Source: a virus
Length of the DNA: 14,629 nt
Virus genome (UHGV): UHGV-0103744
Strand: one strand, 5' to 3'
Below, piece by piece: positions 1-7,235 of this stretch (the first letter of the stretch is position 1; each line of letters opens with the position of its first letter). The translations under genes were made by a program, and so were the position numbers. The notes beneath the pieces were generated by a model. That model was not told where the DNA came from, did not search any database, and saw nothing but the letters and a program-made list of their open reading frames with translations.

Positions 1-35
1 GAAGGTCGTAGGTTCGACTCCTATTATCGGCACCA
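1..35 (+). tRNA. thrW: 3' portion of a tRNA gene (T-arm, acceptor stem, CCA end), probably tRNA-Thr thrW; left prophage junction (attL) is expected to overlap it
   Basis: Sequence gaaggtcgtaggttcgactcctattatcggcacca has a GGTTCGACTCC T-loop motif and ends in CCA; matches my memory of the thrW 3' end, a known P22 and CP4-6 integration site. The integrase stop codon lies 14 bp downstream. Window begins inside the gene, so partial. Confidence 0.75.
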
Positions 36-49
36 TTAAAATCAATAAG

Positions 50-1213
50 TTACACATCATTAGTACCTTCCTTATTTTTTGACTGGGACAAATTTGGGAC
101 CGATGGGTTTAGGATCGAGTCTATTTGCCGTGCGTGTTCGGTAAGGTGATTAGGTGCAAGGTGAGCATATCGACGAACCATTTCGATAGACTCCCAGCCT
201 CCCATTTCCTGTAACACTGACAACGGGACTCCGGCTTGAACCAGCCAACTTGCCCAAGTGTGTCTCAAGTCGTGAAATCTGAAATCATCAATACCAGCCC
301 GTCTCAGCGCCGCTTTCCAGGCTGTGTTTGCGTCATACCGCATCTTCCTGACTGTTGGCGCTTTCGTTCCGTCTGGTTTGGTACAGCTTTCCTTGTACAC
401 AAATACCCAACGGTGATGATTCCCGATTTGTTTTTTCAATACGCGACATGCAGTATCATTCAGCGCAACGCCAATTGCGCGGTTTGATTTACTCTCTTCC
501 GGGTTTATCCATGCCACCCGGCGCTGCATATCTATTTGTTGCCATTCAAGGTTGATGATGTTCGAGCGTCTTAAGCCTGTTGCCAGTGCAAATTCAACAA
601 CAGACTTTAATGGCTCCGGACATTCATCAATCAGCCTTTGTGCTTCATGGGGCTCCAGCCAGCGGATCCGTTTATTCTTTGGTTGAGGCACTTTAATAAT
701 TGGTGCCTTATCCAGCATTTTCCATTCACGCTCTGCGGCTCTTAGTAGGGCCTTTATAAATGAAAGATGCGTAGCCTTCGTTGCAACGGACGCTGGTTTT
801 GGCGTGTATTCTGGAACAGGTTTCCCTTTTTTTCTGCATGCTTCTGCCCTGAGTTTCCAGTTTTCCTCATGACGCCGGTTCGTCATTTTCTGCATTGCTG
901 AATAAATTTTTGATTCAGTGATGTCTCTTAGTTGCATCCCTGCGAAATGTTGAAGCCAGAATCCGATCCGGCTTTTGTCATCGTCCAGTGATTTCTTATG
1001 TGCTTTCTCTTCGAGCCACCTGACACACGCTTCCTCAAACGTCATATCAGGTATTTCACCAAGTTTGCTGACCCGCCATGCTTCAGCCTTTAGCTTGTCA
1101 TGGAGCTCTGTCGCCTGCCTTTTGTCCTTTGTTCCAAGAGACTGTTTAAATCTTTTACCGTTCGGCAATGTGAAACTGGCGTACCATATTTCACTTCTGC
1201 GGAAGAGTGACAT
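50..1213 (-). CDS. int: Tyrosine site-specific integrase, P22 Int-like (387 aa)
   Basis: 387-aa ORF with the C-terminal catalytic signature [39 protein letters not shown] (tyrosine recombinase R..HxxR..Y); length and sequence match my memory of P22 Int; sits next to the tRNA as expected for an attL-proximal int. Confidence 0.93.
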   Translation of the reverse strand: MSLFRRSEIWYASFTLPNGKRFKQSLGTKDKRQATELHDKLKAEAWRVSKLGEIPDMTFEEACVRWLEEKAHKKSLDDDKSRIGFWLQHFAGMQLRDITESKIYSAMQKMTNRRHEENWKLRAEACRKKGKPVPEYTPKPASVATKATHLSFIKALLRAAEREWKMLDKAPIIKVPQPKNKRIRWLEPHEAQRLIDECPEPLKSVVEFALATGLRRSNIINLEWQQIDMQRRVAWINPEESKSNRAIGVALNDTACRVLKKQIGNHHRWVFVYKESCTKPDGTKAPTVRKMRYDANTAWKAALRRAGIDDFRFHDLRHTWASWLVQAGVPLSVLQEMGGWESIEMVRRYAHLAPNHLTEHARQIDSILNPSVPNLSQSKNKEGTNDV

Positions 1214-1440
1214 TTTCTTTCCTCTGTTATGCCATCACCCGCGCTCACCTTGATAGTATGCAGCGGAGACTGAAGCGCCGCAATGCAGGCTTGCCGTGTT
1301 GTGAGGTAAGGAGATTTTGGCTTGGTTGGATCTTTACGTGTTGCCTGTAGGCGGCCTGTTCGTATCCAGTTGGTGGCGGTTGGTCTGGATATCTTAAGAA
1401 ACTGACAGGCCTCATCGAGTGTGAGGCTGTATGATTCCAT
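1090..1440 (-). CDS. xis: Excisionase, P22 Xis-like (116 aa), overlapping the 5' end of int
   Basis: Using the internal ATG ([31 protein letters not shown]...) gives 116 aa; directly upstream of and overlapping int. The longer 126-aa ORF in the track is probably an N-terminal over-extension. Confidence 0.8.
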   Translation of the reverse strand: MESYSLTLDEACQFLKISRPTATNWIRTGRLQATRKDPTKPKSPYLTTRQACIAALQSPLHTIKVSAGDGITEERKCHSSAEVKYGTPVSHCRTVKDLNSLLEQRTKGRRQSSMTS

Positions 1441-1690
1441 GGTTACCTCTGCTTTTTGAACGCATGTCACGTAACTTCTTAATGTGTTCTGCCGTTTCGA
1501 TCTCTTCTGCTATCCGATCTGCATCAGCTTTATTCACAGGTTCAAAGTCATGATTAAAGCGGAACATGCTGGCGATACATGTTCTGCCTTTTCGGATGTA
1601 GTGAACTTTGTTGTGGGTAGAACGCAGGATTTTGCAGGGAGTGCCGTGGTGGTCGACGTACCAGGTGTTAGGAAAAATGATTCTGAACAT
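1412..1690 (-). CDS. Hypothetical early-left (b-region-like) protein, 92 aa
   Basis: ORF with ATG start preceded by GAGGTG (reverse complement of 1691-1705) at RBS distance; same orientation as the operon and overlaps the xis start by 29 nt. No family recognised. Confidence 0.5.
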   Translation of the reverse strand: MFRIIFPNTWYVDHHGTPCKILRSTHNKVHYIRKGRTCIASMFRFNHDFEPVNKADADRIAEEIETAEHIKKLRDMRSKSRGNHGIIQPHTR

Positions 1691-1737
1691 TTTTACACCT
1701 CAGTTGGACGATGTTGAAATTTGCTGCTTTGAGGCCA

Positions 1738-1956
1738 TCACAGTCCCCATTGTTTGTTCTTAAGTTCGATCTCCTCCTGGCAACTCGCACAAGTCCGACA
1801 ACCCTGAACAGCCAGGCGTCTTCGCTCATCTATCGGATCGCCACACTCACAACAATGAGTTGCGGATACAGTCTGGTAGTTCAGACGACGCATTTTTATT
1901 GCTGTATTGCGCTGTAATTCTTCGATTTCTGATGCTGAATCAATGATGTCTGCCAT
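1738..1956 (-). CDS. TraR/DksA-family C4 zinc-finger protein (72 aa)
   Basis: Two CxxC pairs (CCECGDPIDERRRLAVQGCRTCASC) spaced as in the DksA/TraR zinc finger; phage TraR-like proteins of this size are common in lambdoid early-left regions. Confidence 0.7.
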   Translation of the reverse strand: MADIIDSASEIEELQRNTAIKMRRLNYQTVSATHCCECGDPIDERRRLAVQGCRTCASCQEEIELKNKQWGL

Positions 1957-2011
1957 CTTTCATTAATCCCTGAATTGTTGGTTAATACGCTTGAGGGTAA
2001 ATGCGAATAAT

Positions 2012-2033
2012 AAAAAAGGAGCCTGTAGCTCCC
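2012..2033 (-). terminator. Candidate intrinsic terminator on the - strand inside the leftward operon
   Basis: Perfect 5-bp stem GGAGC / GCTCC with 5-nt loop (2018-2032), followed on the - strand transcript by U6 (+ strand A6 at 2012-2017). Confidence 0.5.
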
Positions 2034-2054
2034 TGATGATTTTGCTTTTCATGT

Positions 2055-2270
2055 TCACCGTTCCTTAAAGACGCCGTTCAACATGCCGATCGCCAGGCTT
2101 AAATGAGTCGGTGTGAATCCCATCAGCGTTACCGTTTCGCGGTGCTTCTTTAGTACGCTACGGCAAATGTCATCGACGTTTTTATCCGGAAACTGCTGTC
2201 TGGCTTTTTTGATTTCAGAATTAGCCTGACGGGCAATGCTGCGAAGGGCGTTTTCTTGCTGAGGTGTCAT
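2055..2270 (-). CDS. Small lambda-like early protein (lambda orf61 region equivalent), 71 aa from internal ATG
   Basis: MTPQQENALRSIARQANSEIKKARQQFPDKNVDDICRSVLKKHRETVTLMGF... resembles, from memory, the small ORF downstream of orf63 in lambda. Start chosen at the internal ATG (2268-2270); the 93-aa version starts in the intergenic region. Confidence 0.55.
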   Translation of the reverse strand: MTPQQENALRSIARQANSEIKKARQQFPDKNVDDICRSVLKKHRETVTLMGFTPTHLSLAIGMLNGVFKER

Positions 2271-2346
2271 TGAACAAGCCCCATGTCGGCAAGCATAAGC
2301 ACACAGAATATGAAGCCCGCTGCCAGAAAAATGCATTCAGTGGTTG

Positions 2347-2538
2347 TCATACCTGGTCTCTCTCATCTGCTTCTGCTTTCGCCACCATCATTTCCAGCTT
2401 TTGTGAAAGGGATGTGGCTAACGTATGAAATTCTTCGTCTGTTTCTACTGGTATTGGCACAAACCTGACTCCAATTTGAGCAAGGCTATGTGCCATCTCA
2501 ATACTCGTTCTTAACTCAACAGGAGATGCTTTGTGCAT
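2347..2538 (-). CDS. Lambda orf63-like small protein (63 aa)
   Basis: 63 aa; strong RBS (GGGAGG) upstream of the ATG on the - strand; sequence and position (just after the orf60a-like gene) match my memory of lambda orf63. Confidence 0.65.
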   Translation of the reverse strand: MHKASPVELRTSIEMAHSLAQIGVRFVPIPVETDEEFHTLATSLSQKLEMMVAKAEADERDQV

Positions 2539-2699
2539 ACCGCCTCCCGTTTATTATTTATCTTCTCAGCCAGCCGCTGTGCTTTCAGTGGATTTCTGAT
2601 AACAGAAAGGCCGGGAAATACCCAGCCTCGCTTTGTAACGGAGTAGACGAAAGTGATCGCGCCTACCCGGATATTATCGTGAGGATGCGTCATCGCCAT
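2511..2699 (-). CDS. Lambda orf60a-like small protein (62 aa)
   Basis: [50 protein letters not shown]... immediately downstream of exo with start overlapping the exo stop, as for lambda orf60a. Confidence 0.65.
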   Translation of the reverse strand: MAMTHPHDNIRVGAITFVYSVTKRGWVFPGLSVIRNPLKAQRLAEKINNKREAVCTKHLLLS

Positions 2700-3370
2700 T
2701 GCTCCCCAAATACAAAACCAATTTCAGCCAGTGCCTCGTCCATTTTTTCGATGAACTCCGGCACCATCTCGTCAAAACTCGCCATGTACTTTTCATTCCG
2801 CTCAATCACGACATAATGCAGGCCTTCACGCTTCATGCGCGGGTCATAGTTGGCAAAGTACCAGGCATCTTTTCGCGTCACCCACATGCTGTACTGCACC
2901 TGGGCCATGTAAGCCGATTTTATTGCCTCGAAACCACCGAGCCGGAATTTCATGAAATCCCGGGAGGTAAACGGGCATTTCAGTTCAAGGCCGTTGCCGT
3001 CACTGCATAAACCATCGGGAGAGCAGGCGGTGCGCATATTTTCGTCGCGATAGATGATCGGGGATTCAGTAATATTCACGCCGGAAGTGAATTCAAACAG
3101 GGTTCTGGCGTCGTTCTCGTACTGTTTTCCCCAGGCCAGCGCCTTAGCATTAACTTCCGGAGCCACACCGGTGCAAACCTCAGCCAGCAGGGTGTGGAAG
3201 TAGGACATTTTCATGTCAGGCCACTTCTTTCCTGAGCGGGGCTTTGCTATCACGTTGTGAACTTCTGAAGCGGTGATGACGCCGAGCCGTAATTTGTGCC
3301 ATGCATCATCCCCCTGTTCGACAACTCTCACGTCGATCCCGGTACGCTGCAGGATAATGTCCGGTGTCAT
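2690..3370 (-). CDS. exo: Lambda-type 5'-3' exonuclease Exo (Red alpha), 226 aa
   Basis: Near-identical over its full length to lambda Exo as I remember it ([15 protein letters not shown]...GFVFGEQWR); start overlaps the bet stop (ATGA-type coupling). Confidence 0.95.
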   Translation of the reverse strand: MTPDIILQRTGIDVRVVEQGDDAWHKLRLGVITASEVHNVIAKPRSGKKWPDMKMSYFHTLLAEVCTGVAPEVNAKALAWGKQYENDARTLFEFTSGVNITESPIIYRDENMRTACSPDGLCSDGNGLELKCPFTSRDFMKFRLGGFEAIKSAYMAQVQYSMWVTRKDAWYFANYDPRMKREGLHYVVIERNEKYMASFDEMVPEFIEKMDEALAEIGFVFGEQWR

Positions 3371-4152
3371 GCTGCCACCTTCTGCTCAGTGGCTTTCTGT
3401 TTAAGGAATCCAAGAGCTTTCACTGCTTCGGCCTGTGTCAGTTCTGACGATGCGCGAATGTCGCGGCGAAATATCTGGGAACAGAGCGGCAATAAGTCGT
3501 CATCCCATGTTTTATCCAGGGCGATCAGCAGAGTGTTAATCTCCTGCATGGTTTCATCGTTAACCGGAGTGATGTCGCGTTCCGGCTGACGTTCTGCAGT
3601 GTATGCAGTATTTTCGACAATGCGCTCGGCTTCATCCTTGTCATAGATACCAGCAAATCCGAAGGCCAGACGGGCACACTGAATCATGGCTTTATGCCGT
3701 AACATCCGTTTGGGATGCGACTGCCACGGCCCCGTGATTTCTCTGCCTTCGCGGGTTTTGAATGGTTCGCGGCGGCATTCATCCATCCACTCGGTAACGC
3801 AGATCGGATGATTGCGGTCTTTGCGGTAAATCCGGCATGTGCAGGATTCGTTGTCCTGTTCAAAGTCCATGCCGTCAAACTGCTGGTTTTCGTTGATGAT
3901 GCGGGACCAGCCATCAACGCCCACCACCGGAACGATGCCGTTCTGCTTATCAGGGAAGGCGTAAATTTCTTTCGTCCACGGATTAAGGCCGTACTGGTTG
4001 GCGACGATCAACAATGCGATGAACTGCGCATCGCTGGCATCACCTTTAAATGCCGTCTGGCGAAGAGTGGTGATCAGTTCCTGTGGGTTGACAGAATCCA
4101 TGCCGACACGTTCAGCCAGCTTCCCAGCCAGCGTTGCGAGTGCTGTACTCAT
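3367..4152 (-). CDS. bet: Lambda-type single-strand annealing protein Bet (Red beta), 261 aa
   Basis: 261 aa, [66 protein letters not shown]... matches lambda Bet; lies between gam and exo. Confidence 0.95.
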   Translation of the reverse strand: MSTALATLAGKLAERVGMDSVNPQELITTLRQTAFKGDASDAQFIALLIVANQYGLNPWTKEIYAFPDKQNGIVPVVGVDGWSRIINENQQFDGMDFEQDNESCTCRIYRKDRNHPICVTEWMDECRREPFKTREGREITGPWQSHPKRMLRHKAMIQCARLAFGFAGIYDKDEAERIVENTAYTAERQPERDITPVNDETMQEINTLLIALDKTWDDDLLPLCSQIFRRDIRASSELTQAEAVKALGFLKQKATEQKVAA

Positions 4153-4157
4153 CCGTT

Positions 4158-4454
4158 TTATACCTCTGAATCAATATCAACCTGGTGGTGAGCAATGGTT
4201 TCAACCATGTACCGGATGTGTTCTGCCATGCGCTCCTGAAACTCAACATCGTCATCAAACGCACGGGTAATGGCTTTTTTGCTGGCCCCGTGACGTTGCA
4301 AATGATCGATGCAGAGTGATTCAAACAGGTGCTGGGGCAGACCTTTTTCCATGTCGTCTGCCAGTTCTGCCTCTTTCTCTTCACGGGCGATCTGCTGGTA
4401 GTGACGCGCCCAGCTCTGAGCCTCAAGACGATCCTGAATGTAATAAGCGTTCAT
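4158..4454 (-). CDS. gam: RecBCD inhibitor Gam (GamS form, 98 aa)
   Basis: [60 protein letters not shown]... matches lambda GamS; 5 bp upstream of bet. Confidence 0.9.
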   Translation of the reverse strand: MNAYYIQDRLEAQSWARHYQQIAREEKEAELADDMEKGLPQHLFESLCIDHLQRHGASKKAITRAFDDDVEFQERMAEHIRYMVETIAHHQVDIDSEV

Positions 4455-4529
4455 GGCTGAACTCCTGAAAATGGCTGTGAAAATATCGCCCGCGAAATGC
4501 CAGGCTGATTAGGAAAACAGGAAAGGGGA

Positions 4530-4820
4530 TTAGTGATTCAGGCCGTTACCGCGTCCGTCGAGAAAAACTTCCACGAGCAAATCACGGGTATAAGTGCGCT
4601 CGATGCCGCGATGCAGATATAGCCGTCCGCGTAAATTAGCTGATGCAGTCCAGGTACCATCTTTGTGTTTGACCAGCATTCCTGGCATGACCGCACCTCG
4701 ATTAACGGTCTGCGTTCCATAATGTTGATGAACCATAAAAACTCCTGCCCGTAAGCTGGGCTGCTGAACATATAGAGACTTCTGCGCGTATTCAGGCGGT
4801 GGATGGCCGCCGGTTGTCAT
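4530..4820 (-). CDS. Hypothetical PL-proximal protein (96 aa from the first ATG; the 136-aa ORF in the track begins at a TTG)
   Basis: GC-rich ORF occupying the first-gene position of the leftward operon (where N/cIII/kil sit in lambda) but with no recognisable similarity to N, cIII or Kil. The annotated 4940 start is a TTG; the first ATG (4818-4820) has GAGG about 10 nt upstream. The true start is uncertain. Confidence 0.4.
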   Translation of the reverse strand: MTTGGHPPPEYAQKSLYVQQPSLRAGVFMVHQHYGTQTVNRGAVMPGMLVKHKDGTWTASANLRGRLYLHRGIERTYTRDLLVEVFLDGRGNGLNH

Positions 4821-4999
4821 AACTAAGTCGCCTCGTTGAAGCGACTGAGGTATGAAGTGTTGAGTTGATTTCAGCTGGTCACACCGACGTTCACGCGTCC
4901 GCTTCACCCCTCGCACTCCCCGGAGCCTGCTGAAATTCAAGCTGCGGATCTAAGCGGTCATCGCAACGGTGAATCAGGTGATTGCCGTATCGTTGTGTT

Positions 5000-5090
5000 G
5001 TTGCGATGAATTCATTTAAAACTATAGTTGTTTTATCGTCAACAACAAAAGTTGTTTTATTGGTTGTTTTAGATATAACTGGTTGTATTT
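5000..5090 (-). promoter_or_regulatory. OL/PL-like leftward promoter with repeated repressor operator half-sites
   Basis: On the - strand: TTGTTGACG (-35; + coords 5037-5042), 17-bp spacer, TAAATG (-10; 5013-5018). The spacer (aaaacaactatagtttt, 5018-5034) is 16/17 identical to the PR spacer. Further AACAAC/GTTGTT-containing repeats at 5041-5058, 5061-5070 and 5077-5090. Confidence 0.6.
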
Positions 5091-5180
5091 AGGATGGATT
5101 TATTTTGTGACTTGCATCGCATAGCGATAACCGAAGCGGGGTTGTGGTGGTTTTTTGAACGGTGTGTGATGAGGGGAGGC

Positions 5181-5208
5181 AAAAGAAAACCCGGCACGAC
5201 GGCCGGGG
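5181..5208 (-). terminator. Intrinsic terminator ending the repressor-proximal (cI + 287-aa gene) transcription unit
   Basis: On the - strand, GC-rich hairpin CCCGGC-cgtcgt-GCCGGG (5190-5207) followed by UUUUCUUUU (+ strand 5181-5189); begins 4 bp downstream of the 287-aa ORF stop. Confidence 0.7.
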
Positions 5209-5211
5209 AAA

Positions 5212-6075
5212 TCATTTCGCATCTACAATAAATAACCTGTTTATCTGGCCTTTTTTAACAGTAGCCTTTGCGGTTATAGTGAATACTGCAGATGGATCAC
5301 CTTTGGTTGATATATATGCACTAAGAGCTCTAATATACGGGTTATTCTTCTTTCCTGCAGCTGGATCGCTAATTTCAGCAGTGATTCTCTTTTTTGAGTC
5401 ATCACCATCTAAAATTATTTTAGCTGTCATATTTTGTGCATCAAATTCTGTAAGAAAAGCACGATACTCACGAAGACCGAGAACTTCATCATCATCAAGC
5501 CTATCAATTTCAGCTTTATCTCTCTCGTTAACTTTTAGAAGGCAGCCGTCAACATTTGTTGCAACACTTATCTGATCGCAAGTATTACCAATAGGTGATA
5601 CTGCCTGCCTTACAGAGGGGCGAAGCTCTACAGCCATTCGGTCAATCAAAGAGATCAACTTATCAATGGTTCCAGCATCCTTGTTTCCTAGTGCCTCTAT
5701 GGCCTTTTCAAGTGACTGCTGCAAAGCTTTCATTTCATCTTTCTTGTTAGAATTTCTCGCAAAAATATATTGTAGTATTGCGCCAAGTATAGTTGCGGCG
5801 ATCCCCGAGAACAACTGGTTCTGAGTGGCGAAGTTAAGAACTGCTTCAAGAGTAAAGCAGTTAGCTTTTGCTTCGCGTGCGTAAACCTTAACTTCCTGAT
5901 AATTAATGTATTTACTATATTTTTGTGTAACAGAGAAAGAAGCTGCTGTTGAGAGAACTTTAGAAAAACCCTTTAGGGATTCTCCTAGGCAGTTCAAATC
6001 TATTTCATGATTTAAAGCATCTTTTCCGTCATACCTAAAAGAGATTTTTATATCCTGTAAAGCGTCACAATCCAT
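5212..6075 (-). CDS. Orphan 287-aa protein in the rexAB-equivalent slot (downstream of and co-oriented with cI); one predicted hydrophobic helix; function unknown
   Basis: Long uninterrupted ORF; visibly AT-rich relative to flanking phage genes; lies between the cI stop (6142) and a strong terminator (5181-5208); hydrophobic segment [19 protein letters not shown] followed by a charged, helical-looking region. No family recognised. Confidence 0.7.
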   Translation of the reverse strand: MDCDALQDIKISFRYDGKDALNHEIDLNCLGESLKGFSKVLSTAASFSVTQKYSKYINYQEVKVYAREAKANCFTLEAVLNFATQNQLFSGIAATILGAILQYIFARNSNKKDEMKALQQSLEKAIEALGNKDAGTIDKLISLIDRMAVELRPSVRQAVSPIGNTCDQISVATNVDGCLLKVNERDKAEIDRLDDDEVLGLREYRAFLTEFDAQNMTAKIILDGDDSKKRITAEISDPAAGKKNNPYIRALSAYISTKGDPSAVFTITAKATVKKGQINRLFIVDAK

Positions 6076-6141
6076 AAATCGCTCTCGTCTAATTCTAATT
6101 AAATTTACTATCCCCTAAACGACTCATCAGCACAGTACTGA

Positions 6142-6831
6142 TTATCCATGTTTCCTGTACGTCTGGGGCATGCTCCCAATAACCTTACCGAAGATGAACA
6201 CCCGGTTCATCTCGTCTTTCTCGATCGGGTCCCACGGTGAGTAGCTCTTGTTATCAGAGATAACCAGCAGCTTATCCTTCATCATTTGCAGGCGCTTTAC
6301 ATGGGCGGTGTCGTCGTACAGAAACGCATAGATGCCATCACCGTCGAAAGATTTAACCGTGATATCAACGAACAGCAGATCACCTGGTTCGATCGTTCCT
6401 GACATGCTGTCACCACGCACGTTAATGATGCGGATATTTTCTGCCTTCCTACCATCGAACATGTGACGAGCATCGTCAAACGAGTACTCAACCGAGCGTA
6501 GAACTTCTACAAACTCACGGTTGATGACTCCCGGCCCGGCACTCACTTCTATATCAAGAACGTCAATCTTAAAGTATTTGGAATGGCTGACAGTTGATTG
6601 TATTGGTTGCACTGTACTGTCTGACATATTTCCAACGCCAGAAGATAACCATTCTGCGCGCACACCCAAAGCGTTCGCGATCTCCACGATTTTAGTTGTT
6701 TGGTTAGCTTTCCCTGTTTCGATTTTCTGAATAGCAGCTTGGCTAACCCCGACCAAATCCCCAAGCGCCTTTTGTGTAAGGCCTCGCGCTAATCTGGCTT
6801 CTTTAAGTCTTTCTGAGAGTGTTGTTTTCAT
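6142..6831 (-). CDS. cI: CI-type prophage repressor: N-terminal HTH (XRE family), C-terminal LexA/S24 autopeptidase domain
   Basis: HTH region LTQKALGDLVGVSQAAIQKIETG; S24 signature GDSMSGT (catalytic Ser) and downstream Lys (VKRL). Divergent from the cro-like gene across an operator-rich 104-bp region. Start taken at MKTTL (6829-6831), because the longer 251-aa ORF would begin inside the PR operator. Confidence 0.85.
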   Translation of the reverse strand: MKTTLSERLKEARLARGLTQKALGDLVGVSQAAIQKIETGKANQTTKIVEIANALGVRAEWLSSGVGNMSDSTVQPIQSTVSHSKYFKIDVLDIEVSAGPGVINREFVEVLRSVEYSFDDARHMFDGRKAENIRIINVRGDSMSGTIEPGDLLFVDITVKSFDGDGIYAFLYDDTAHVKRLQMMKDKLLVISDNKSYSPWDPIEKDEMNRVFIFGKVIGSMPQTYRKHG

Positions 6832-6935
6832 AGTCCAAATGTACAACCAAGGTTTTATTTCATCAAACGAAAATGGTTGTTGACTAAAAACAACCATAGT
6901 TTTAATCTTGATTCAAATTAACCACGGAGGTTGTT
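6832..6935 (+). promoter_or_regulatory. OR region: PR promoter, operator repeats and presumably PRM on the opposite strand
   Basis: TTGACT (-35; 6880-6885), 17-bp spacer, TAATCT (-10; 6903-6908), then GGAGG RBS before the cro-like ATG at 6936. Operator-like repeats: acaaccaaggtttt (6843-6856), inverted repeat atggttgtt / aacaaccat (6873-6881 / 6889-6897), and aaaacaaccatagtttt (6887-6903). Confidence 0.7.
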
Positions 6936-7166
6936 ATGAACCCAGCTATCAAAACAGCGATCAATATCGTTGGTTCACAAAAGAAACTGGGCGCTGCCTG
7001 CGAAGTTTCACAGCAGGCCGTCTATAAGTGGCTTCACAACAAAGCAAAGGTATCCCCTGAACATGTCGGCAGCATTGTTACGGCTACTGGTGGAGTAGTG
7101 AAGGCATACCAGATTCGCCCGGATCTTCCGAAGTTGTTTCCACACACCGAAAAGAACGCAGCTTAA
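6936..7166 (+). CDS. Cro-like HTH regulator of the YdaS type (76 aa)
   Basis: Small HTH protein (GSQKKLGAACEVSQQAVYKWLHN) transcribed divergently from cI off PR; resembles Rac YdaS-type Cro analogues from memory. Confidence 0.75.
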   Translation: MNPAIKTAINIVGSQKKLGAACEVSQQAVYKWLHNKAKVSPEHVGSIVTATGGVVKAYQIRPDLPKLFPHTEKNAA

Positions 7167-7235
7167 ATTTCCATTTCACGCTCTTTAACAATAAGCAATC
7201 AACTTAACAGTCAATTCAAACTAAAGGAGTCAATT

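Noticed and set aside
236-555. + strand ORFs (83 and 66 aa) inside the integrase gene
   Set aside because: Fully embedded antisense within a well-supported int CDS; no RBS or family signal; typical shadow ORFs.
975-1253. + strand 92-aa ORF spanning the int start and xis 3' end
   Set aside because: Antisense to two confidently called genes; Ser/Leu-rich low-complexity translation typical of an out-of-frame artefact.
1090-1470. 126-aa extended version of xis
   Set aside because: The internal ATG yields a 116-aa product consistent with P22 Xis; the extra ten N-terminal residues are probably an ORF-finder over-extension.
1962-2051. Possible 29-aa - strand ORF (MKSKIIRELQAPFLLFAFTLKRINQQFRD) in the intergenic gap
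   Set aside because: It runs through the terminator hairpin and has no RBS; most likely non-coding.
3684-4270. Several ORFs on both strands overlapping bet and gam (77, 158, 90 and 104 aa)
   Set aside because: Embedded in, or antisense to, near-perfect lambda bet and gam homologues; no independent support.
4158-4454. Possible longer GamL-type form of gam
   Set aside because: The ORF track supports only the 98-aa GamS-length frame from MNAYY; I could not verify an upstream in-frame extension by eye.
5115-5160. Palindrome ATCGC-ATA-GCGAT and a nearby T6 tract that could be a + strand terminator
   Set aside because: No + strand transcription unit is expected to enter this region, and the stem preceding the T-tract is poor; the - strand terminator at 5181-5208 is much more convincing.
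5162-5575. + strand 137-aa ORF overlapping the terminator and the 3' end of the 287-aa gene
   Set aside because: Antisense to the better-supported 287-aa CDS and running through a GC-rich terminator hairpin; low-complexity Ser-rich tail.
6142-6897. 251-aa extended repressor ORF starting MVVFSQQ
   Set aside because: This start codon lies inside the PR operator and -10 spacer; the MKTTL start (6831) gives a leaderless-style repressor like lambda cI and leaves the operator region non-coding.
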